Below, piece by piece: positions 56,528 through 64,000 of a stretch of 64,000 bases of DNA; position 1 is the first letter of the stretch, and each line of letters starts with the position of its first letter. This stretch comes from Sphaerochaetaceae bacterium (GTDB taxonomy: Bacteria > Spirochaetota > Spirochaetia > Sphaerochaetales > Sphaerochaetaceae), in NCBI GenBank assembly GCA_041595335.1, contig JBFHKM010000001.1, positions 88 to 64,087 of the forward strand, written 5' to 3'. The notes beneath the pieces are model-generated. The model made no database searches and was not told where the DNA came from. It saw nothing but the letters and a program-made list of their open reading frames with translations. The translations under genes were made by a program, and so were the position numbers.

Positions 56528-57269
56528 CCTCTATTCCATGTGTCCTTGCATATAAAAAAAGGTATTCTTGAGCTAGACCTTGGTAAGGTGCAAAATACGA
56601 TTCATCTTTTCCAGGAAACCATGTTTTCATTATTTTTTTGACCCACACATCTTTTGGGAACACTTCAAAGTTATGAAGCCCAAAAAGTCGTATGCATGCA
56701 CTCACCTTGGGACCAATGCCTCTTGTATCCTGCAATATTTTATCAGCTTTCTCATCGCTCATTTGGTCAATGCTCAAAATATCATCGGCTCTATTTATTG
56801 CATCAAGTAGATATGATGCTCTGAAGCCAACACCCAATTCGCGTAAATCTTTCTCAGTCACACCCTTGAGTTGGGATGGACGAGGAAATGAATAATAATC
56901 ATCCTTAATTTTTGTTCCAAAAGTTCGTGCAGTTCTATCATACAGACCTTCAATTCTTTTTATATTGTTGTTCTGAGATAGGATGAAACCAAAAACAGTC
57001 TCCCAAAGATCTTGATTCAAAATATGGAGCTCTCCACATTCATCAATAGCATTTTTTAGGATGGGATCAATTTTTGACATCTCAATCATTGCATCTTTGT
57101 AATTGTATTCATTGTCTAGATACGAATTCAAGAAAGGAGAGAATTCACTCTGCCCTTCTTTTATTGTATGTATCTCGTTTTCCAGAACTGCACTGAATGT
57201 GCTGTCATCATTGTGTCTCCAAGAAAAACTCTGACCACAGAACAGGGTGTTTTCAATCATCAAACTCAT
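56520..57269 (-). CDS. ogg: OGG1-type 8-oxoguanine DNA glycosylase / AP lyase (HhH-GPD)
   Basis: 'CGQSFSW' N-terminus. HhH with catalytic Lys 'GIGPKVSACIRLF' and Asp 'FPKDVWV'. Confidence 0.82.
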   Translation of the reverse strand: MSLMIENTLFCGQSFSWRHNDDSTFSAVLENEIHTIKEGQSEFSPFLNSYLDNEYNYKDAMIEMSKIDPILKNAIDECGELHILNQDLWETVFGFILSQNNNIKRIEGLYDRTARTFGTKIKDDYYSFPRPSQLKGVTEKDLRELGVGFRASYLLDAINRADDILSIDQMSDEKADKILQDTRGIGPKVSACIRLFGLHNFEVFPKDVWVKKIMKTWFPGKDESYFAPYQGLAQEYLFLYARTHGIEDE

Positions 57270-57282
57270 TATTGTACCTCAA

Positions 57283-58197
57283 TTAATCAAATAACGCTGT
57301 AGAGAGATATCTCTCACCAGTATCTGGGAAAATCACAACTATCTTTTTATCTTTATTCTCAGGTCGATTTCCTACTTCAATCGCTGCTGCCAATGCTGCA
57401 CCAGATGAAATTCCAACCAAAATCCCCTCTTCTTTGGCAATATCTCTGGATGTTGAATAAGCTTTTTCTGTTGTCACTTTCAAAACCTCATCAATGAGTT
57501 TCATATCTAAATTATTGGGAATGAAACCTGCGCCAATACCTTGAATATCATGTTTTCCAGCCTTATCCCCTGAAATTACGGCAGAAGTTGATGGCTCTAC
57601 AGCTATCACAAGAATATCAGCTTTTTTTTCTTTTAAGTATCTAGCGCATCCAGAGAGTGTTCCACCAGTTCCTACTGCAGATATGAATATATCAACCTCA
57701 CCATCCAAATCTCTATATATTTCAGGTCCTGTAGTTTTGTAATGTGATAAAGGGTTGTCTGGATTGTTGAATTGCTGTGGAATGAATATTTTTTCATCTT
57801 TTTGAGCCAATTCATTGGCTTTTGCAATTGCTCCTGTCATTCCTTTATCTGGATCAGTCAATATTATCTGTGCTCCAAATGCCTTCAACAGCTTTCTTCT
57901 TTCCACACTCATAGAACTTGGCATGGTGAATATCGTCTTGTATCCTTTTATTGCAGCTATATATGCCAGACCAACACCTGTATTACCACTTGTTGGTTCA
58001 ACTATAATAGAGTCTTTTTGAAGATCTCCTCTTTTTTCTGCTTCTTCTATCATATAAAGAGCTGCTCTATCTTTAGCAGAGGATAATGGATTCATTGATT
58101 CAACTTTAGCAAAGATATTTGCTTTTGTTGAATTCAATCTATTTATTCTAACAAGTGGAGTATTTCCAATGGCTTGTGAAAAATTATTAATTAGCAT
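57283..58197 (-). CDS. cysK: Cysteine synthase A (O-acetylserine sulfhydrylase)
   Basis: 304 aa. PLP lysine 'NPLSSAKDR', 'TSGNTG', 'GTGGT'. Confidence 0.95.
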   Translation of the reverse strand: MLINNFSQAIGNTPLVRINRLNSTKANIFAKVESMNPLSSAKDRAALYMIEEAEKRGDLQKDSIIVEPTSGNTGVGLAYIAAIKGYKTIFTMPSSMSVERRKLLKAFGAQIILTDPDKGMTGAIAKANELAQKDEKIFIPQQFNNPDNPLSHYKTTGPEIYRDLDGEVDIFISAVGTGGTLSGCARYLKEKKADILVIAVEPSTSAVISGDKAGKHDIQGIGAGFIPNNLDMKLIDEVLKVTTEKAYSTSRDIAKEEGILVGISSGAALAAAIEVGNRPENKDKKIVVIFPDTGERYLSTALFD

Positions 58198-58595
58198 AAA
58201 ACAAGAACTCCTTCAAAATTTTATACTCTATTTATACCTCTTTTCCATCAAAAATTACATAGTTTTTAAAAAAGTAACCCCAAAAAATATATAACATCAC
58301 TATAATTATTTAATGCAATTTTGCATGTATTTTTATACAAATACATATAAGTAATATATTACTATTTATTTGTTAAGTAAGTATTTCATACATCAATAAA
58401 TAATTATCAAATTTTATAATTTTTTATTTCTATATCTGCAATCGAATTATTTAAAGATTTTAAAAATATATTCTGTTGAGAGTATAACTATCACCTATTT
58501 TCATGGTTCAAGCCTTTTCAAAATGAACGATTCTCTATATATTCAATATGGAGACAGATTTGAGGGGGTATTCAAATGAACAGAGGAATTAATAA

Positions 58596-59003
58596 ATGAC
58601 ATATTCATGTTGTCCAAAAGATTTTATACAGCAACTCACGAATAAAACCAATGGCTTGTTTTCTGAATCAAGTGCAAAACAAATTCAGGAACATGTCACT
58701 TCACATAGATACTTTCTAGGATTAAAACTTAAAAGACAACCTTCTTGGTGTGAAACAGTAGAGAGCTATAAAAATGAAGTTTTCTTCCCCATTTACACTG
58801 CCATATATAGTTGGGATTTTGATGTAAGTTTTCCTAAAGAGAAAAAAGAGATTCTATATTTCAAATTAGCCACTCACCTATATTTTTTAAGACAGAGCAA
58901 TCCTTTAATAACAGTCAAAGAAGCTTCAAAGAACTTCTGTTGCATGTATGGATCCAACAAAAGAGGAAAGATGCTTGTTAATATGCTAAGAAAGATATCT
59001 TAG
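58596..59003 (+). CDS. Hypothetical protein (faint DUF4032-like 'H-R-Y-F-L' pattern)
   Basis: 135-aa ORF with AGAGGA SD. Family assignment rests on memory only. Confidence 0.45.
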   Translation: MTYSCCPKDFIQQLTNKTNGLFSESSAKQIQEHVTSHRYFLGLKLKRQPSWCETVESYKNEVFFPIYTAIYSWDFDVSFPKEKKEILYFKLATHLYFLRQSNPLITVKEASKNFCCMYGSNKRGKMLVNMLRKIS

Positions 59004-59094
59004 TCAAAAAAAACCACTGATTGATGAGGTCATCCAAAATATGGATTTCTCATAAAATACAGTGGTTTTTATATTTCAGTGAATCTATTTTATT

Positions 59095-59640
59095 TTAAAT
59101 TTTTGCTAAAAAATCTTTTGCAATCTCTTCACTCTTATCTCTAGATATTGCACATTCTACAATCTTAAGAGCAAACTCTGTTGCAACTCCTGGACCTTGA
59201 GCTGTTATAACATTATCAGATACAACACATCTTTCATCTCTCAAGAACTTTACATTTGGTGCTGCAGCTTCCATTCCTGGATAGCACACTGCATCTTTTC
59301 CTTCAAGTATTCCTGTATTTCCTAGAACAACAGCTGGAGCAGCACATATTGCACATACCCAACCAGTTTGAGCTGTATTGATGACTCTTCTTACAACTTC
59401 AAAATCTTTTGAAAGATTTGCAGCTCCTGGCATTCCGCCTGGAAGAACTATGATATCATAAGATTCATTGCAATCTTCAATCTTTTTATCTGCTGTGATT
59501 GGAATGTTGTGTGCACTCACTACAACTGTACTTCCAACTCCTGCTACAGTAACATCAATTTCTGCTCTTCTGAGTATATCAATTGGTGTTATAGCTTCAA
59601 CTTCTTCAAAGCCTTCTGCAAGGCATACCAATGCATTCAT
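59095..59640 (-). CDS. DJ-1/PfpI family protein
   Basis: 181 aa. 'IVLPGG', nucleophile elbow 'VCAICAAP'. Confidence 0.88.
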   Translation of the reverse strand: MNALVCLAEGFEEVEAITPIDILRRAEIDVTVAGVGSTVVVSAHNIPITADKKIEDCNESYDIIVLPGGMPGAANLSKDFEVVRRVINTAQTGWVCAICAAPAVVLGNTGILEGKDAVCYPGMEAAAPNVKFLRDERCVVSDNVITAQGPGVATEFALKIVECAISRDKSEEIAKDFLAKI

Positions 59641-59652
59641 ATCCTTCTCCTT

Positions 59653-60729
59653 TTATAATGGTCTTGTTAAAGTTTCATCTCTTTCTGCTCTAACAAGTAA
59701 ATCATCAACTTTTATAAGTATTCTTTCTGTCTCTTCAAAGCAGATGCATTCATCTGTAACTGAAACTCCATATTTCAATTTTGTTAGATCTTCACCTATC
59801 TCTTGATTGCCTTCATGAAGATTGCTTTCAATCATCAGTCCTCTGATAGATTTATCACCCCACAGTACCTGATCCACTACAGAACGCAGCACTCTTGCCT
59901 GTCTGTAGAATTTTTTTCCAGAGTTTGCATGGGAGCAATCAATTATGATTGATGGTTCAACGCCATTTTTCAACAGCAGTTGTTTTGCATGCTCAACCTC
60001 ATCTTCATAGTAATTAGGTCCCTTATCGCCACCACGTAGAATCAAATGGCCACAGTCATTGCCTGTAGTTCTTATTACAGATGTCTGGCCATTTCTATCA
60101 ACTCCAATAAATGCAGCTGGTAATTTGGCACTTTTTATAGCATTGATTGCATTGATGACACCACCATTGGTACTGTTTTTGAACCCAACAGGAACTGACA
60201 GTCCACTTGAGATGTTTCTATGAGTTTGACTTTCTGTAGTTCTTGCTCCAATAGCAGACCAGCTCATGAGTTCATCAATGTATTGAGGAACAACAGGATC
60301 CAGTACTTCACATCCAACAGGGAGCCCCAATGAAACTATATCAATCAATAGTTTTCTTGCAGTGGTCAGACCTTTTTGAATATCATAGCTTTGATCCATA
60401 TCAGGATCTATGATCAATCCCTTCCAACCGCCAACGGTTCTTGGCTTTTCAAAGTAAGTTCGCATGACTATATAGATCTTATCTGAGATTTTGTCTGATA
60501 ATCCTTTTAATTTTTGAGCATATTCCATAGCTGCAATTGGATCATGAATTGAGCAAGGTCCAACAATTGCTAGAAGTCTATCATCTTCGCCTTTTAAAAT
60601 TGAATTTACAATCTTACGGCTCTCTTCTATTTTAGCAGCAGCTTCTGGCGGTACAGGAAGGCTCTTGGCCAATTCTCCTGGTGAGACAAGACTCTCATAA
60701 TTCTTAATTCTTATATCTGCATTCGACAT
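59653..60729 (-). CDS. 3-deoxy-7-phosphoheptulonate (DAHP) synthase, class I
   Basis: 358 aa. 'IVGPCSIHD', 'RTYFEKPRTVGGWKGLI', 'IIDCSHANS'. Confidence 0.93.
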   Translation of the reverse strand: MSNADIRIKNYESLVSPGELAKSLPVPPEAAAKIEESRKIVNSILKGEDDRLLAIVGPCSIHDPIAAMEYAQKLKGLSDKISDKIYIVMRTYFEKPRTVGGWKGLIIDPDMDQSYDIQKGLTTARKLLIDIVSLGLPVGCEVLDPVVPQYIDELMSWSAIGARTTESQTHRNISSGLSVPVGFKNSTNGGVINAINAIKSAKLPAAFIGVDRNGQTSVIRTTGNDCGHLILRGGDKGPNYYEDEVEHAKQLLLKNGVEPSIIIDCSHANSGKKFYRQARVLRSVVDQVLWGDKSIRGLMIESNLHEGNQEIGEDLTKLKYGVSVTDECICFEETERILIKVDDLLVRAERDETLTRPL

Positions 60730-60791
60730 GTATTAATTTCTCCCGGTTTGTGTTTAATTCATTATAAAAAAAGAGATAACATTATTAAAGT

Positions 60792-60828
60792 AAAAAAAGA
60801 AAGAAACTAAATAATTTCTTTCTTTTTT
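60792..60828. terminator. Bidirectional hairpin, terminator of the acyl-CoA ligase gene
   Basis: AGAAAGAAA-N8-TTTCTTTCT flanked by A and T runs. Confidence 0.65.
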
Positions 60829-60854
60829 AATGGTATTTTTATAGTTAAATAACT

Positions 60855-62657
60855 TTATTTATCATTTTCATTGTCTTTTTTATCTTTTCCGGTTTTGGAA
60901 TAAATAAAACGTTTGATTTTTTGAGTGGGAGTTCTCTTGAAAGGTTCTTCCTGCAGAGATACATCCTGTATCCTAGAAAATGAGTTCAATTCTTTATTAA
61001 CATCTCTCTTCAATTTGTTGATGTACTCGATTGCACTTGCCTGAGCTTCCTCAACAGATAATTTTGAGATTTTTGCATAAGAATCAATATCGATTTTAAT
61101 CAATGCCATGAGACCTGAACCATCAGGTACTACCAAAGATTCCTGAACAAATTCTTGGTTGTTCAACAGACTTTCAATTGATTCAGGATAGATATTTTCA
61201 CCACCAGAACCTAAAATCATAGTCTTTGAACGTCCCTTAAGTGCCAGACGTTTTCTTCTATCAAAAACACCTAGATCGCCAGTTTTAAAGAATCCATCTT
61301 CAGTCATCACTTCTTTAGTAAGTTCTTCATTTTTATAATAGCCTTTCATTACACTTGGACTTTTCACAAAGATCTCACCTACACCAGTTTTGGGATCAGG
61401 ATTGTTGATCTTTACAATTGTATTTGGAACAAGTTTACCTATTGTCTTTTTAACATGGTCACTGTGTTTTGCAGAACATCCAGCAATAAGTGGAGATGTT
61501 TCTGTCAGACCATATCCTTCTGCATAAGGGAATCTTGCTCTATATAAGAAGTTCTCCACCTCACTATCAAGAGGTGCACCACCTAGTCCGAAGAATTTAA
61601 CCCGTCCACCAAATGCGACTTTCAATTTTCTACCAATTAGTTTGTAAGTAGCTCCACGTGTTAATGGGAATTTTATAAGTTTTTTTACAGTCTTATTGTT
61701 TTTAAGTGTAGGCATTACAGCAGATCTGTAAACCTTCTCCATAAGCAATGGAACAGATAACAATATCTGAGGTTTTATTTCATTCAAAGCTGGTAACAAG
61801 ATACTTGGTGCTGGTGGTTTTCCAAGGAAGTAAATTCTTGCACCATTCATCATCATAAGCAATTGGCCTTCTGTGAATTCGTATACATGACTTACAGGAA
61901 GTATTGATAAGAACTTATCTCTTGAACGTACTTTAACATAACCATCGCTGCTTACATCAGCATTCCAAACAAGGTTCTTGTGAGTCAATAAAACACCCTT
62001 ACTTGTACCTGTTGTTCCACTTGTGTATATGATAGAGGCAACATCGTCTTCCAATACTTCTTTTTCCATCTCTGCTATTTTCTTATCATCTGCCATCTTT
62101 CTCTTGTAACGTTTGGTATCAATACCGGCTGCAAAGTTAAATTCTGAGCTTTTTTTAAGTTCTTTTAAGATAGTTGTAGGAATGTGGAATAGATCATCCA
62201 ATCGAATGATCAGATCACTATTTTCTTCTACATATTCAGTGATTTTTTCAAAATGTTTTGAAGCAACTATAGCACCTTTAGCTTCGCTGTGTTCCAAAAT
62301 CTTGAGCATCTCTTTTTTAGAAAAATCAGGTAATACTGGAACAGCAATTGCACCTAGAGTTGTTAAGGCAAAATATGTCATCATCCAGTTTGGACATGAT
62401 TCTCCAATGATTGCAACTTTATCGTATTTTTTGACACCTTCTTTTATCAGAAAGGCTGCTATATTTTGAACCATGAAATTAAACTTACCATAGGTGATAA
62501 CTTCATCATCTTTATAAATACTCATAAATGGCTTTTTGAAGTTTCTGCTTACCGTGCAGCGCAAAACAGAAGCCATAGTGAATTTATCAACACATCGCAT
62601 TCTCAGACCATCGGGTCGTTTGATTGCAAGACATTTCTTGTAACTCATTACTTCCAT
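60855..62657 (-). CDS. Long-chain fatty acid--CoA ligase (AMP-forming)
   Basis: AMP-binding motif 'YTSGTTGTSKGV', 'GYGLTETS', 'TGDLG'. Start ambiguous (ATG at 62657 or 62648). The ORF-track TTG at 62723 overlaps the upstream gene. Confidence 0.85.
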   Translation of the reverse strand: MEVMSYKKCLAIKRPDGLRMRCVDKFTMASVLRCTVSRNFKKPFMSIYKDDEVITYGKFNFMVQNIAAFLIKEGVKKYDKVAIIGESCPNWMMTYFALTTLGAIAVPVLPDFSKKEMLKILEHSEAKGAIVASKHFEKITEYVEENSDLIIRLDDLFHIPTTILKELKKSSEFNFAAGIDTKRYKRKMADDKKIAEMEKEVLEDDVASIIYTSGTTGTSKGVLLTHKNLVWNADVSSDGYVKVRSRDKFLSILPVSHVYEFTEGQLLMMMNGARIYFLGKPPAPSILLPALNEIKPQILLSVPLLMEKVYRSAVMPTLKNNKTVKKLIKFPLTRGATYKLIGRKLKVAFGGRVKFFGLGGAPLDSEVENFLYRARFPYAEGYGLTETSPLIAGCSAKHSDHVKKTIGKLVPNTIVKINNPDPKTGVGEIFVKSPSVMKGYYKNEELTKEVMTEDGFFKTGDLGVFDRRKRLALKGRSKTMILGSGGENIYPESIESLLNNQEFVQESLVVPDGSGLMALIKIDIDSYAKISKLSVEEAQASAIEYINKLKRDVNKELNSFSRIQDVSLQEEPFKRTPTQKIKRFIYSKTGKDKKDNENDK

Positions 62658-62691
62658 TCGTTTTGCTTTTTTTGATTTCTTAGCCTTTTTC

Positions 62692-63477
62692 TTAGTACTC
62701 AATTTTTTCCTCACTTGTAACAATCAATTCACCACGTGGACAAGTTATATAATTCATGCCAGATAAACATTCATCTGCCATTTCATCAACAATGTCTACA
62801 CTGTTGTTATTACTTGATAAGTGCACAAAGTATACACCCTTTCCGTGAAATTCGCTATCTTTAATAAAATCAAATGCTTGATCATTTGAAAGATGCCCCC
62901 AATTTCCATCAACTCTCTTCTTCAAGAACTGTGGATATGGTCCATTGATTAACATATGTTTATCATAATTTGCTTCCAAAAATAGATAATCACTATTTCC
63001 TGCAAAATCTTTCATTGTTTCATCAACCACACCAGTATCTGTTATTACAGTGCAGTTTGTGCCATTATTTTGTATATAATATCCAACAGAACCTTTGCTA
63101 TCATGACTGGTAGCAAAAGCTGTAATTTGAAATTTTCCAACATTTGTTATCTGTCCTACTTGTATAGGATTCACACACAATGGTGGGAGATTCAACTTCT
63201 CAAATACCTTCTGCTCACCTTCTATAGCTTTTTCATTTATGAACAGTGGCGTGGAAAGTTTTCTTGAAATGACTCCAAGTCCTTTTGAATGATCTGGATG
63301 AAAGTGAGTCAAGAAAACTGCACTGACTTTGTCCATCGGTACATGTACTTTTGAAAGACGTCTTCTTAATTCAATCAAACTGAATCCTTGGTCGATCAAA
63401 ATAGCTGTATCACCATCATAAAAGACATAACAATTGCCTATTGAACCAGAGCTCAAAACTGCGTGAAATAATTCCAT
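62692..63477 (-). CDS. MBL-fold metallo-hydrolase
   Basis: 261 aa. 'LTHFHPDHSKG' metal-binding motif. Confidence 0.85.
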   Translation of the reverse strand: MELFHAVLSSGSIGNCYVFYDGDTAILIDQGFSLIELRRRLSKVHVPMDKVSAVFLTHFHPDHSKGLGVISRKLSTPLFINEKAIEGEQKVFEKLNLPPLCVNPIQVGQITNVGKFQITAFATSHDSKGSVGYYIQNNGTNCTVITDTGVVDETMKDFAGNSDYLFLEANYDKHMLINGPYPQFLKKRVDGNWGHLSNDQAFDFIKDSEFHGKGVYFVHLSSNNNSVDIVDEMADECLSGMNYITCPRGELIVTSEEKIEY

Positions 63478-63815
63478 TAGTTCTTACTCCATTCTTCAAT
63501 AATGCCTAGATCAAATCCCTGATGTACTTTTCCTTTTTGTCTGAGTATTGGTGTGCTCAGCATCAATGGATTTTCTATCAACTCTTCCTCACTATCATAT
63601 TCCATGTATGAATAGCCTTTCTTTTTATATATCTTACTGTTTTTATCTACCAGTTCATCTGCATCATAATGTTGAAAAATATTGCTCCATTCCCCATTTG
63701 ACAGCTCTCTTTCATTGAGATCTACCAATTGAAATGGTATATTTCGTTCTTTGCAAGCTCTAACTGCTTTTGCAGTTTCCTTGCATTTTTTCGTTCCTAT
63801 TATTTGAATCATCAA
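63477..63815 (-). CDS. ArsC/Spx-family (YffB-like) thioredoxin-fold protein
   Basis: 112 aa. 'IQIIGTKKCKETAKAVRACKERNIPFQLVDL'. Stop overlaps the MBL gene start. Confidence 0.75.
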   Translation of the reverse strand: MMIQIIGTKKCKETAKAVRACKERNIPFQLVDLNERELSNGEWSNIFQHYDADELVDKNSKIYKKKGYSYMEYDSEEELIENPLMLSTPILRQKGKVHQGFDLGIIEEWSKN

Positions 63816-64000
63816 TTTACCCTTTACAAAAATATATAATACGTTGAAGTCATATTCAAGCTTTATTTATATTAAAACCCTCATACCACCAATTTAAAAG
63901 CATATTTTAGTAACTAGTTATGAATAACTACATTATAAATTATTACTTATTTTGACATATAACTAAATTATGTAATATTTACAATATATATCAATTTCCT

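Noticed and set aside
62658-62723. Lys-rich N-terminal extension (MLQVRKKLSTKKKAKKSKKAKR) of the acyl-CoA ligase.
   Set aside because: It starts at a TTG and overlaps the 3' end of the MBL-fold gene by 32 nt. In-frame ATGs at 62657 and 62648 give a normal ligase N-terminus.
1-64000. CRISPR arrays, IS elements, prophage modules, toxin-antitoxin pairs, restriction-modification genes and rRNA operons.
   Set aside because: I saw no regularly spaced direct repeats. No transposase, integrase, Cas, methylase or endonuclease motifs appeared in any ORF. The only repeated DNA is the tRNA units and the solute-binding-protein paralogues. This was visual inspection only, and a repeat finder could still reveal short dispersed repeats.

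Overview
This is an AT-rich bacterial chromosomal segment, roughly one-third G+C by eye (not computed). It is densely packed with about 58 protein-coding genes and five tRNA genes: 3x tRNA-Pro(UGG) and 2x tRNA-Arg(UCU). I found no rRNA, no CRISPR array, and no recognisable transposase, integrase or prophage genes.

Most of the window is core metabolism and information processing. It includes valS, cysS, murB, ackA, argG-argH, thrA-thrC, a LacI-type repressor with galT-galK, rpmB, nth, a recQ-like helicase, an OGG1-type glycosylase, cysK, a class I DAHP synthase, mtnP-mtnA and an acyl-CoA ligase. The long form of L28, the many signal-peptide proteins and the Hpt, sigma-54 activator and c-di-GMP signalling genes would fit a spirochaete-like anaerobe. 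That is a weak inference from memory of family sequences, and taxonomy cannot be settled from this window.

Regions worth a second look:
- (i) A SelD-centred selenium-handling locus lies at 13.3-21.9 kb. It contains YqeB, a domain-permuted XdhC-like protein, a NifS-like desulfurase, YedE, a TusA-like protein, DUF3343 and SelD. No client molybdenum hydroxylase and no selenocysteine or selenouridine genes are in view.
- (ii) A stand-alone, visibly more AT-rich SF1 helicase gene with an unassigned ~200-aa N-terminal domain sits inside that locus and has its own SD and terminators.
- (iii) Three tandem orphan solute-binding-protein paralogues are flanked by an orphan Hpt protein and a sigma-54-type activator that lacks a DNA-binding domain and carries GSYTGA instead of GAFTGA.
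- (iv) A tRNA island holds independently promoted identical tRNA copies, followed by an ORF-free, GC-richer stretch.
- (v) A 430-bp AT-rich gap carries a 16-codon ORF behind a perfect Shine-Dalgarno sequence, next to a tandem-HTH XRE regulator.

Nothing here can be shown to be a new system from sequence reading alone. All functional calls rest on motif recognition without database searches.
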